A DNA stretch of 64,000 bases from Octopus sinensis (lineage: Eukaryota). The stretch is from NCBI RefSeq assembly GCF_006345805.1, contig NC_043002.1, forward strand, positions 117,614,001-117,678,000, written 5' to 3'. The translations under genes and the position numbers were made by a program. Shown one piece after another: positions 25,700 to 38,106 of this stretch (within the stretch, counting starts at the first letter, position 1; every line of letters begins with the position of its first letter). Under the pieces are notes generated by a model, which saw only the letters and a list, made by a program, of their open reading frames with translations, made no database searches and was not told the DNA's origin.

Positions 25700-26837
25700 G
25701 TGAGACTGGGAGGGTTTTAAAGAGATTCTGAGAGGGTTTTTTTCTTATTGCTGGCAGTATACAATTGTAAGAGGTAAAAGTATGAGTACAAGTGTGGGGG
25801 TTTTTTCACTGAGAATTCTACTCAATCTTTCTTTATGGCTCAATGGTTAGAGCGTTGGGTTTACAATTGTGAGATTGTGAGTTCGATTCCTGGAGTGGGC
25901 TGTGTGTTGTGTTGTGTTCTTAAACAAGACACTTTATTTCACGTTGCTTGGTTTACTCAGCCATAGAAATGGGTTGTGATGTCACTGGTGCCAAGCTGTA
26001 TTGGCTTTTGCCTTCCCCTTGGATAACATCGGTGGAGTGGAGAGGAGAGGCTGGTATGCATGGGTGACTGCTGCTCTTCCATGAACAACCTTGGCCAGAC
26101 TTGTTCTTCGGAGGGAACTTTATAGGTGCAATCCCATGGCCCTTCTTGAGTGAAGGAGGTCTTCATTTACCCTTTTACATCACCACCAGCTATACCAACA
26201 CTACTTCAAACGCCGGCACTTGCAAGGTATGCACCAAACACCATTTCTATCACTATCACTACCACCACCATCACAACTCATTACTAGGTCTCATTGGTCA
26301 TAATAGTGTATGTGCTTATCTTTGTTTTGACGTGCTGCTCCGTCTTCTTTTTTCTTTTTGTTTTCCAGAGATTGGATCAGTTAAGGATGATGCAGGACGA
26401 ACATATACGCTTCCGTGCTTTAGTTGAGTCTCGGCTCTTCAGCGGGAGATAAATGTCTTCTAATCACTCTGCTTTTCTGCTGTTGACAATCACTTCTGTT
26501 CTCCGCCTAATTCTTCAAACTTCCACCGCTGCTGTTCTGATTGCTGTTGCTGCTGTTCTTGCTCCTGTTGTATACTGCTTACTTCTAACACCATGCTTTT
26601 TGCTCTGCTTCAAATGTTTTAACTATCTACTCACTGCAAAACAATTCTTGAACAATCAACTGTAAATGGTTCTCTTCAAATTACCGTCTTCCAAGAATTT
26701 TAGACTAAACTTGGTAAAAAAGTTACACACATGCACAAACACACATTTATCTATCTATACATACATACATGCATTCATACATACATTCATACATACATAC
26801 ATACATACATATACATTCATACATACATACACACATG

Positions 26838-26868
<31 letters not shown>

Positions 26869-27387
26869 TCCCTTCATTATTTCTATTTGTTTAAAAACAA
26901 CAAAACAATAATGACATTTCCAACGAAAAAGTAATAATTTGACTTATTGTTTTTGAGGTGAGTAAATATAAATGATTAAATGATTACATATATTTCAGCA
27001 CATACACTCAATTAATAAACGTATACATCTAAATACTTTACTCATACAATGAACAGATGTATTTCCTTATAAAAAGAAACATTTCTTATTTGTCATGTGT
27101 ATACCCTAATTCCAAAGCAATGTACAGTATCACTAAATTTAATTTATAGTCGTGGAAAAACTAAATATACATAAACAAAAGATGCATAAGTTTATAACAG
27201 CATTCTGTCTATCCACATTAAGTAAGGCATACAGAATGCTATTTTGAACTAATATTGCTTCCGTCGCTAAAAATGAATTTTTACTCGGCCTGCCAGCTAC
27301 TTGCGACACCAGTGATTTGTTAACCACTTTTTTTTTCTATATCAGCGGAGGCTAAATTTGTCTAAGCTTTCAATTAATAGTGGATAT

Positions 27388-27432
27388 TTGCTACTGATGA
27401 TGCTCAAAGAAGCAGAAATCTAGATTTAGCAA
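27388..27432 (+). ncRNA. Type I hammerhead ribozyme with intact core
   Basis: UUGCUA-CUGAUGA-UGCU(CAAAGA)AGCA-GAAAU-CUAG-AUU-UAGCAA. 6-bp stem I, 4-bp stem II, palindromic AUCUAGAU stem III. Confidence 0.8.
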
Positions 27433-28050
27433 TTCCACCGCCACTGCTGGACGCTTTTCCTCTGTTGCTGGTATACTTCTGTACTTTTTAACACTATACG
27501 TCTAAACGAAATACTTTTTGGAGACAACGTAGTTTTGTGACATTCTACAGTACAACCACATTAAGTAAGATTCACAGAAAGCTATTTTGAAGTAATACTG
27601 CTTCCATCGCTCATATAACATTTATACATAATTTTACTTTTTAAATGAAGTGTACCCAAAGTAAATGGATGCACAATCAAAACGCACATATCTCGTGAAT
27701 GTTTTTGTCATATAAGCCAGTATTTGGATATTTTATGGGGTGTAGGTAATTTGTGTCTGTATTCAGTAAAATCAATGCATAGAACAAAACAAAAAGAAAA
27801 ACACGTATGTTATTAACTTTCGTCCGAGTTTATATCTCTTAACTCCGAATTCAACTTAACCATTTGTCCCTTACCAGATCGATAGAATACCAAAGAACTG
27901 AGATCGATATAATTGACTAAACCTTCGAAGGCAATGCTTTAAATGTCTCTAGCAAATTTTGTATGTATATCTGTATGTATGTATGTGTGTGTGTGTGTGC
28001 ATGTGTGTATGGATGGATGGATGGATAGCTATATAGAGAGATAAATATAC

Positions 28051-28083
<33 letters not shown>

Positions 28084-29629
28084 TGTACGAATGTATTTGA
28101 ATTTTTTTAAATGTACCTCACGGAGTGGTTGGCGTTAGGAAGGGCATCCAGCCGTAGAAACACTGCCAGATTTGACTGGGCCTGATGAAGCCTTCTGGCT
28201 TCACAGACCCCAGTAGAACCGTCCAACCCATGCTAGCATGGAAAACGGACGCTAAACGATGATGATGATGATGATGATGTATGTATATATTGTAAGCAGC
28301 AGGTAAAAGTACCGGAAGAAACAGAAAGCTGAACATATTTGTAATATCTTAAAGTTACATAACTTCCAGCTGGTTTTCCTTGAAAACATATGAAGTCCAT
28401 ACATACGTACGTACGTACGTACGTATGTATGTAAGTATGCATGTATGTATGTATGTATGTATGTATGTATGTATGTATGTATGCTTGTACATATGTATAC
28501 TGAAGGCACACGACCAGATGGTTGTGGTTAGGTGTCGGGCTTATGGGCATAAGGTCACTGATTCAATTTCTGGACCGAGTGACATGCTGTGACCTTGAGC
28601 AAGGCATTTCATGTTGCCCCATTCCATACACAGCTGGAAATGAACACCAGCCTAGAGCGAATGCACCTCTTTCTCCCTCCAGCTGCTACACCCTTGATGT
28701 TCCACTGAGACAAGGAGGAAGAGGGCCGCTAATTGTTTTAGGTTCCTATGCAGTAACAGGCAAACACAGATAGATGCCTTAAACAATTGACGAACCTTGG
28801 TTCAGACTACCCAGTCATGCTCGCTAGGGTTATATATATGTGTGTGTGTGTGTGTTCACGTGAGTGCACGTGCGTATTTGTATGGGTGTGTGTGAATGTG
28901 TGTGTGTTATGTGAAGAAATAACTGCGGTCGTCTTGAATCCTTTTTCTTGATGGCTTTTTTCATCTCATTATTTCTTTATGCTAAGTTTGCATCAATAAA
29001 GACGTTCTTAAATCTATTAACATTTTGAAACCGTTTCGGTCTCATTTTCTTGTTGAGGTGGTGATGGTGGTGACAGCAGAGCTGCACTTTTTGTAGTAGG
29101 CAGCAAAGGGTCGTAGGAATTATGTTGAAACTAATAAAATCATCGTCGCCATATTTTATATTGTTAAACTCTTAAAACTAGTTTGTTTCCAATACATTAT
29201 TACAACCCAAAGCAACACAGATCAACGGAACAGCCTGTTCTTGAAATTAATGTGCATGTGGTTGAGCACTCCACAGACACATGTACCCGTACACGTAGTT
29301 CTCGTGGAGATTCAGCGTGACACAGAGTGTGACATGACTAGACTTTTGAAAAACAAGTACTACTCATTTTTACCAGCTGAGTGACCCTGGAGCAACATGA
29401 AATAAAGTGTCTTGCTCAAGGACACAATGCATCGCCGGGAATTGAACTCACTACCTTGCGATCATGAACAGAATGCCCTAACCACTAAACCACGAATGTT
29501 CACATATATATTTACATATATATATTTACATATATATGTTCACATATATATTTACCTACATGCATACATACATACATACATGAATACATTATGGCTGCCC
29601 CCTCATTATCGAGTATGGTCATTGCACGA

Positions 29630-30030
29630 AGCTTAACTGTTACTGGTGCTGTGATCGAATGTGACTTTTTTGCCCAAGATCTACAATGTCTTGTACAAAA
29701 TTGGCAACTAAAACCTTTACCGGTAATAGCGGCTGTAGTTGTAACTGGGCTTCATGTACCTTTGCATGTCGTTTAAATCCTCCTGCCGAATTACACTCTC
29801 TTCCACATGCCCGACAGATATGATTAGTATGGTGTAGTATGATTAGTGGCAAGGTTGTCACTCATCTGTCTCATTTTATGACTACGAAGATGTCTCATGA
29901 GTCCAGCTTTACTGAGGCAGGGTCTTGCACAGAGAAAAACAAGTACTACTCATTTTTACCAGCTGAATCAAAAGCATGTCAGAATCAAAAGAAGACCCTT
30001 CCCTTCTGGAAGTGTAACAGCGATACATAC
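29630..30030 (-). mobile_element. RTE-like LINE 3' remnant with C2H2-like fingers
   Basis: CRACGRECNSAGGFKRHAKVH; homologous to 17330-17450. Confidence 0.55.
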
Positions 30031-30773
30031 ATGAATACATACATGCATGCATACATACATACATACATACATCTCACGTCTATTATAGCACCTAGCAATG
30101 TAAGTGAGGCTTCAGATCTGCTGGCTGGAGACATATAACCTCTTTACTCACCACTAAGCCACACGCCTTCACTCCCATATAGAATACCACACAAAAAACA
30201 CAAAGATTAACAATAAATTTAAAACACAGATACAGCCCCAGCGGGGTAAACTATGACTATAGCCTGGATTTAAATGTTAATCAGTTTTAAATCAGGTGAT
30301 GATGATTTTATCAATTACATCATAATGTCTCTAATACCTCGTTTTCCGCTGCATAATGATACTACCATCAAAGCTACATTACGAAGATCAGAAGGCCTTA
30401 ATGGCCACAAGAACATTGTTGTTCTGTACTAATCATTTCAACAGAAAGATTAAACTCGGGAGACTCATGGTCGATAATATCAACCTAAGTACTGGCTGGC
30501 ATTATATTTTATCTACTTGAGAAGAATAGAACAACAAAAATCCCAGCGTGATACGAACGCAGAAGAACACAAAAAGACCATAGCTGAATAAGATAAGGAA
30601 TATTTATCACTCGCTCTACCAAGTCTTCCACTCCATTCAATCATATCGATAAATATCGGACGGGTAGACCGAACATGAATAAAAGAAATAATCTGAAGGA
30701 CAGCGCAATAAAATGCAGGTTTACACAAGTTTGTAGTAAGACTGGACAGTGTGTTAGTACAGCACACACAACA

Positions 30774-30804
<31 letters not shown>

Positions 30805-30865
30805 CATGCACATATATAAGTGTGTGTGTGTATGTATGCATGCATGTGTGTATATATATATATTA

Positions 30866-31226
30866 TTGAAAACAAGTGGATGTATTCCACCGAAACTAGG
30901 TAAATAAAGCCTTCGAACTGGGACGATCAGTAGCGACACCTGCAAGTCTGACTACGCTGCATTGATAAGGGGCAACAACCCTGAAACTTCGTCTAGCTGT
31001 CTGACTGGCAGGATGAAGCGGCTGACCTCCCTTGTTCGAAGGTTTATAATGGACACAGTTTGTGTGTCAAATAGCTAGCTTAAAGCGATGGCCTCATGGA
31101 GCTAATCAGCGACAGCTTTAGTCTTATATTTATAAGACTGCCATATTAGTATGGTGATAACTATTAATTTCCAGTAACGCTGCCGTAATCTCTTTTAGAG
31201 AGACTTAGTAATTTTAATATTTCTAT

Positions 31227-31228
<2 letters not shown>
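30866..31228 (+). mobile_element. Penelope pLTR-like unit between (TA)n tracts
   Basis: Homologous to 48590-48950; contains a hammerhead-like motif. Confidence 0.7.
30956..30999 (+). ncRNA. Hammerhead-like motif with U3-A8 core (stem I damaged)
   Basis: GCUGCA-UUGAUAA-GGGG(CAACAA)CCCU-GAAAC-UUC-GUC-UAGCUG. Confidence 0.5.
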
Positions 31229-31260
<32 letters not shown>

Positions 31261-31390
31261 ATAATATTAATTAGAGACAATATATAATATTTTACTATAA
31301 AATTGGATTCAATCCTAAATCTGATTTTTCCCTGTAATTTGGATTTATTCCCTAATATTTATTATTATATATATATATATATATATATAT

Positions 31391-31430
<40 letters not shown>

Positions 31431-31533
31431 TATAATATATATATATATATATATGTATACATATATATATGTATATATATATAATATATATATATTATAT
31501 ATATATATATATATGTATACATATATATATATA

Positions 31534-31939
31534 GGCGCAGGAGTGGCTGTGTGGTAAGTAGCTTGCTAACCAGCCACATGGTTCGGGTTCAGTCCCACTG
31601 TGTGGCATCTTGGGCAAGTGTCTTCTGCTATAGCCCCGGGCCGACCAATGCCTTGTGAGTGGATTTGGTAGACGGAAACTGAAAGAAGCCTGTCGTATAT
31701 ATGTATATATATATATATGTGTTTGTGTGTCTGTGTTTGTCCCCCTAGCATTGCTTGACAACCGATGCTGGTGTGTTTACATCCCCGTCACTTAGCGGTT
31801 CGGCAAAAGAGACCGATAGAATAAGTACTGGGCTTACAAAGAATAAGTCCCGGGGTCGATTTGCTCGACTAAAGGCGGTGCTCCAGCATGGCCGCAGTCA
31901 AATGACTGCAACAAGTAAGTAAAGTAAAGTAAAGTAAAG
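31534..31939 (+). mobile_element. Full-length SINE family B
   Basis: GGCGCAGGAGTGGCTGTGTGG head, GGTTCAGTCCC B-box-like motif, GTAAA-repeat tail. Confidence 0.85.
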
Positions 31940-31960
31940 ATATATACATACATATATTTG

Positions 31961-31992
<32 letters not shown>

Positions 31993-31993
<1 letters not shown>

Positions 31994-32221
31994 GTTATGT
32001 GTAGTTTCGTTCTAATGTGATAGACAACTCAATATGAAGCCATTGTTATTGTTTTACGTGCTTATTTACTTTTCATGTTACACGAACTGTCAACATTCGG
32101 CGTAGTGATACATATATACCCTAGACACAGTTCGTACTGTTACTAACAAAATAGTGCCAAAAGTGGGGATGTATTCTACATATGTATACCTGCGTATACA
32201 CATAGATATGAATGTGTAACA
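31993..32221 (-). repeat. 3' LTR
   Basis: 227 of 229 bases identical to 36797-37025; TGTTA...TAACA termini. Confidence 0.95.
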
Positions 32222-32233
32222 TCTCTTCTTCTT
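32222..32233 (-). promoter_or_regulatory. Polypurine tract
   Basis: AAGAAGAAGAGA immediately 5' of the 3' LTR on the - strand. Confidence 0.85.
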
Positions 32234-32403
32234 GAAAAAAATATAGGGGTCTTTTGGCAGTGAAGACAAATATAAGTAGTCTCCCTTACTCTAATGGATT
32301 GTCAGCGCGAGGTGGCAATCCTGCAGCAGAAATCGTTAGATTATTCTGCCTCTGCTTTGTAATCTAGCTAAATTAGTTACTTATCATTTCATTTTCTTTT
32401 TCT

Positions 32404-35400
32404 TTAACGGTATCGAACCGATGGCAGAATGTTCTTACTCCATCTGGTGGATCTTGTGCTTCGCACCGGTGTCTGAGGTGTGTTGTTGGGTTGCTGATTG
32501 GTGGTTGGTGCCCGTTGAGGTGATGATTCTGTGGGTGTTGTCACTGATGCAGCAGGTGTTGTACACGTTGTCTTCGACACCTTTGGTGTTGGGCGGATGT
32601 GGGCCCTGTTGCGTCTCAGCTGCCTACCAGGTTCCGTTTCTATTATATATGATCTTGGAGTTTCAGCTCTACTGACAACCTGTGCTGGGATCCATGTGGG
32701 ATCTTGAGTATGCACATGTTGTCCTCCAAGTATCTCAGGTAAGTATTGTGCATGTTTGTTGTAATATTTCTGTGATTGTTCTTGAGTGGCTGCTAGCTTT
32801 GCCCTTGTCTCTTCCTGGTCAATAGGAGGTTGGATCTTAGTTGGCAGGGTAGTTTTGTACTTCCTGCCATTCAGCAATTCTGCTGGGGATTTCATGTCAG
32901 CTCTCAGTGGTGTGGCTCGTAGGGACAGAAGTGCCAGGTGTGGGTCCTCCTTAGTCTCTCGGCATTTGATTAGTGTTCTCTTCACTGTCTGCATCTGTCT
33001 TTCTATAAACCCATGACCTTTGGAGTAGTGTGGAGATGAGGTTGTAATATCAAATCCATACTCATCGGCTAGCTTTTTGAATTCTTGCGATGTGAACTGG
33101 GTTCCATTGTCACATATGATCTGCTCTGGTATTCCTTGCTCTGCTAGAAGTCCTCAAGCCACTGTAGTGATTGTTTTAGCTCTCAGGTCTTTCACTTTTC
33201 TCACAAATGGAAATTTGGAGTAGTAGCAGGCCATTATCAAATACCATTCTTGGTTCTCTGTGAACAGATCCACTCCAATAGTTTGCCATGGCCTTCTTGG
33301 GATGTCACTAGATATCATTTCTTCCTTTTGTTGTGAGTTTCTGTACTTTTGACAGATGTGGCATATAGAAACTGTCTTTTCTATGTCTTTGTACATGCCT
33401 AACCAATATACTGCTGACTTGGCTCGGAGCTTGCATTTCTCCATTTCTAGATGCCCTTGGTGGATCTTGTCAAGAATCTCTTTTTGCATTGACTTGGGTA
33501 TAATTACTCAGGATCCAGCCATCAGGATTCCATTCTCCACTGATATATCATCATGGATGGCCCAATATTCATGAATTAGGGGCTGCACCTGATGTCTCTT
33601 TTCTGGCCACCCCTGAATCACCATCTGAGTAAGGAGCTGGAGTTCTTCATCTTTGCTGGTCTCCTCTTTGATTTCTGCTAGCTTTGTGGTTGTTACATTT
33701 ATAATGTGGTGGACCTTTATGCTTAGTCCTGTATCAGTGCTGCACCAACTCCTGTTTATCATGTGAGGTTAGTCTGGAAAGAGCATCCACCAATATCAGG
33801 TCTTTTCCTGGCTTGTGCCTGATATCATAGTCGTATGTTTGAAGCCTTAACAGTAATCTTTGCAGTCTGGCTGGTGCTTTCGTGAGGTTTTATCTATGTA
33901 TTTGTTCTAGCGGGCAATGGTCTGATTCAATATTGAAATGTCTGCCATACAGGTATGTATGGAACTTTTCACATCCATATACTACTGCCAGGAGTTCCCT
34001 TTCAATATTTGCGTACCTTGTCTCTGTGGGTGAGAGAGCTTTCGAGGCATAATGCAATGGGTTTACCTTCCTGTATCAGTGCTGCACCAACTCTTCTCAT
34101 AGAAGCATCGACTTGGAGTATTATTGGTTTGCGTCTGTCATAGTATTGCAGAGTTGTCTCCTTACTGATGAGCTTTTTGATTGCTTTGAAATCCTGTGTG
34201 TGAAGCACACCAATCAAACTCTACGTCATCTTTGTTTAGTTCTCGGAGATTTGCAGTGTGATCGGCCAGCTTGGGTATGAAGGCTCCCATGTAGTGGATG
34301 AGTCCCAGGAAGCTCCAGAGTTCCTTCTTGTCTTTGGGTTCTTTGATGTCTCTGATGGCTTCCACTTTAGCGGGGTCTGGTTTAACTCCCTCTGCAGAGT
34401 ATATAATTCCAAAGAATTTGCACTCCTTTGCTTTTATCACACGCTTGTCTGCATTGAATTTGATGCCGGATTGTCGGGTTTTCTCCAGAGCTTCATGTAA
34501 ATTGAAGTCATGTGTGGTCTCATCCTTGCCATGCACTTGGATGTCATCTGCTATTCCAATTGCTCCCTTGCAGCCTCAGTAGGTCTCATCTATTTGGCGC
34601 TGGAAAACATCTTGGCTCACCTTCAATCCAAATGGGAGTCGGTTGAATCGATATCTGCCAAATGGTGTGTTGAAGGTAGTGAGCATGGATGACTCTTTGT
34701 CTATCTTTACATTCCAGTACCCATTGTTGGCATCCAGTTTGCTGAATAATTTGGATCCAGCTAATGATGGTGTGATTTCTTCAAGGGTTGGAATTGGATG
34801 GTACTCTCTTTTTAAGGCAGCGAGCCGGCATAAACGTTAGCACTCCGGGCGAAATGCTTACCAATATTTCGTCTGCCACTACGTTCTGAGTTCAAATTCT
34901 GCCGAGGTCAACTTTGCCTTTCATCCTTTCGGGGTCGATAAATTAAGTACCAGTTACGCACTTGGGTTGATGTATTCGACTTAATCCGTTTGTCTATCCT
35001 TGTTTGACCTCTCTGTGTCTAGCCCCTTGTGGGTAGTAAAGAAATAGGTACTCTCTTTTTAATGTCTTGTTCAGGTCCCTTGGGTCGAGGCATATCCGTA
35101 GGGTACCATTGGGTTTTTCCTTGATTACAATTGAATTCACCCAGTCTGTTGGTCGTGTCACTTTGGTGATTATTTCTTTTTTTCCATTCTGTCCAACTCT
35201 GTCTTCAGCTTCTCTTTTAGTTCTAGAGGGACGCGGCGAGGTGGGTGAACAATTGGTTTGGCATTGGGGTCGACTGTTATATGGTATCGACATTTCACAA
35301 AGTACCCGACTGTATCGTCAAAGCATTCAGGGTACATGCTAATCAATTCTTCTTTGTTTGTGATTGATGGTCGGTCTTTGATAGGCATATCTCTGTCAAT

Positions 35401-35720
35401 CCTGCTCGGAGCATTGATTGACACAATATTTAGCTTTTTGCAGGTATTGAGTCTAAAAATTGCTGGTCCCTCTGTTCTTGTGACATAAAAAGAACACTTG
35501 ATTATTTTTCCTTTGTGTGTCCCTGTGATTGTTGTTTTACCCAGTTGTGGAATCCTGGTACCTCCGTACGCAGTGAGGATTACATCACTTGGTGTGAGGA
35601 TTCCTTCTTTGATTTTATCCTCTTGTGTCATGTGTTCTGGGAACATCTTTTTGTGGAGGTTGACAGGCAAGATATCACTCTGGGCTCCAGTGTCAATCTT
35701 CAGCCTTAAGTCAATGTTTA
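32404..35720 (-). pseudogene. pol: Disrupted pol (protease, RT, RNase H, integrase)
   Basis: LKIDTGAQ at 35683-35694; LRICLDPRDLN; GIADDI; QVDAS; HQGH...CHIC; GVDLF, CDNG and FIERQ. Contains frameshifts, two in-frame TGA stops and a SINE insertion. Confidence 0.92.
34816..35046 (+). mobile_element. SINE family C inserted into the Gypsy RT
   Basis: Perfect 16-bp TSD GGTACTCTCTTTTTAA at 34800-34815 and 35047-35062. Removing it restores LKREY|HPIPT. Confidence 0.95.
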
Positions 35721-36764
35721 TTCGTTTCTTGCCAGACTTCTTTTGTATTCGTATCGTTGTGTATGCCTCATTTCTTTTTTCTGGTCGTCATTTCCCATCT
35801 CATGCACATTTATTGTGCCGATTGCCAAGAATTCCTCTTCTGAGGTGTTTTGTTCTTGTTGTTGGGCATGTATATCTCTTCTTCTATTTCCGCTCCTCTT
35901 TGAAAATTGGGGCTTGTATTTCTGGGATTTTGTCAGTGTACACATTTTTTCCCAGTGGTTGGGTTTTCCACATGCTTTGCAGTGTGTACTGAATGCAGGA
36001 CATTTCTTCCGGTTATTGAACTCCTGCTCTGTACCACAGTACTGGCATGTTCTTTGTTTGTGGGTATGTTTCGTCCTGTGCCTAGATACAATATCTACAC
36101 TGCTGCCTAGTGAGCTTGTTTGTAAGGTAAGTGAGGCCATTTGTTTGGTAGTGGCTTCGAATGTTCTTGCAGTGTCTACTGCTTCTATCAACTGGAGAGC
36201 GTCCTTACCTATGAGGGATTTCTGAACTTCTTTATGAGCACACCCCCATATTAATTGATCAACAATTCTTTCGTCCTTATCTTTGAATTTGCATTTTTTG
36301 GCAACATTCTTTAGTCTGAACAGGAAATTGTCAATCGTTTCTTGTGGGTCTTGTTTCGGGCCCTGAAATTCGTATCTGTGAATTCTATGGTTCGATCTGG
36401 GCTCTAGGTGCCTTTCAAATTTCTTTAAAAGTGTGTCTGGGTTATTGCAATCCAATTCTGACATATCCCAGCTATTGAATAGGTCTAGGCCCTTCTCGCC
36501 CGTCCATAAAAGGATGTAGCTTACCTTTTCATCGTCAGTTGTGCCTTTCAGGAAACTTTTGAAAGCTAGTTGAGTTTTCTGTTTGAATTTCTTGAACGCT
36601 TCCACGATATCATCGGAGTCCCAGTTCATGATCGGATGTAGATTCATCTGTACGGCGACTAGGGTCGCCATTTTGGATCCTTGTGTATGTGTGTCCGAAG
36701 ACGAAGCGATGTTTTGTTTGTTAAATTTCTGGTTCATTGTGTTTCTGTTTTGTTGTAAAGGCAC
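35718..36764 (-). CDS. gag: Gypsy gag
   Basis: 348-aa ORF with ETIDNFLFRLKNVAKKCKF and zinc knuckle CKACGKPNHWEKMC. The last ~20 aa are out of frame with the protease. Confidence 0.9.
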   Translation of the reverse strand: MPLQQNRNTMNQKFNKQNIASSSDTHTQGSKMATLVAVQMNLHPIMNWDSDDIVEAFKKFKQKTQLAFKSFLKGTTDDEKVSYILLWTGEKGLDLFNSWDMSELDCNNPDTLLKKFERHLEPRSNHRIHRYEFQGPKQDPQETIDNFLFRLKNVAKKCKFKDKDERIVDQLIWGCAHKEVQKSLIGKDALQLIEAVDTARTFEATTKQMASLTLQTSSLGSSVDIVSRHRTKHTHKQRTCQYCGTEQEFNNRKKCPAFSTHCKACGKPNHWEKMCTLTKSQKYKPQFSKRSGNRRRDIHAQQQEQNTSEEEFLAIGTINVHEMGNDDQKKEMRHTQRYEYKRSLARNE

Positions 36765-36783
36765 AGTTTCCGGTTAATTATTT

Positions 36784-36796
36784 ACCGCTGCCACCA
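36784..36796 (-). promoter_or_regulatory. Primer binding site, tRNA-Leu-like
   Basis: TGGTGGCAGCGGT right after the 5' LTR; complementary to a tRNA-Leu 3' end ...ACCGCTGCCA-CCA. Confidence 0.8.
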
Positions 36797-37025
36797 TGTT
36801 ATGTGTAGTTTCGTTCTAATGGGATAGACAACTCAATATGAAGCCATTGTTATTGTTTTACGTGTTTATTTACTTTTCATGTTACACGAACTGTCAACAT
36901 TCGGCGTAGTGATACATATATACCCTAGACACAGTTCGTACTGTTACTAACAAAATAGTGCCAAAAGTGGGGATGTATTCTACATATGTATACCTGCGTA
37001 TACACATAGATATGAATGTGTAACA
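36797..37025 (-). repeat. 5' LTR
   Basis: See 3' LTR. Confidence 0.95.
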
Positions 37026-37052
37026 ATATATATATATATAAATATATTTGTG

Positions 37053-37085
<33 letters not shown>

Positions 37086-37088
37086 GTA

Positions 37089-37129
<41 letters not shown>

Positions 37130-37289
37130 TATATATATATACATATATAAATATATATATATATATACATATATATGCATACATATATATATATACAAAT
37201 ATATATATACATATATATATATACACACACATATATATATATTTATATACATATATATATGCATATATGTGTGTGTGTGTGTGTGTGTG

Positions 37290-37966
37290 TGTAACAATAT
37301 GAATTATTTGTTGAAGTCGAGGGCCACCAATTGTAGCGAGAGAAATTGATTTATAAACAATATTATGATTTGTCGGAGTCAGCAGTTGTAATGATAAAAA
37401 TATGTTGTTATAATTGCATAATGTAGGATGTGAAAGATGAACAATGGATGAAGTTTTAAGAAAGTGTTTATTTACCGTTACGCTGAAAAATACCATACCT
37501 CGACGGGCAGGTTATGATAAATCCAAAAGCATGCGAAGTGGTAGAATGTTTCTTTGCATAGTTTGGCGTATACGAACAGTTAGTAGTAATCCGCAGATAG
37601 CGATAGAATGATGTTATAAGAGAACAGAATTAGAGCTAGTGAGAGTTGCTGACAGTAAACTTCATGTCCCCCTCTGACCAACGTTCTAGCTGGTCAGCCA
37701 GACTTCGTTGAGTCGTCACCGACTGTGACTAACTGCTTGGGGCATGCTTGCTTTTATAGCTATCCAGAAAGATAGACATATCATTGAGAACAATAGATTT
37801 AGTTGGTGGTCTTTTTATCTCTATTCTAGCTTTTGGTGAAGTAGAAGAGGTTAGAAAGGGTCAAGTGGTGAAGACATTATTTCGGCCTAGCTAAAGGGAT
37901 TCTGGCAAATGTCAAACTGCTGTAACAGAAAAACCATTGTTCCACTGTGGGAAAAGTCCTGTTACA
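37290..37966. mobile_element. Probable solo LTR (677 bp)
   Basis: TGTAACA...TGTTACA inverted termini; flanks GTGTG/GTGTT; no ORF of note. Confidence 0.5.
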
Positions 37967-38023
37967 GTGTTAATTTAAATTTGGCTATGGTGGATCGAAT
38001 CCACTTTGTGCTTACAAGATCCA

Positions 38024-38079
<56 letters not shown>

Positions 38080-38106
38080 GCACACACACACACACACACA
38101 CACACA

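Larger units (their letters stand above)
31993..37025 (-). mobile_element. Full-length Ty3/Gypsy LTR retrotransposon (Mag-like), 5033 bp including an inserted SINE
   Basis: Two 229-bp LTRs with TG...CA ends, ATATA TSD, PBS, PPT, and gag-PR-RT-RH-IN domain order. Confidence 0.97.

Noticed and set aside
26470-26595. Short Q/E-rich - strand ORF (MVLEVSSIQQEQEQQQQQ...)
   Set aside because: About 34 codons of degenerate simple repeat with no splice support.
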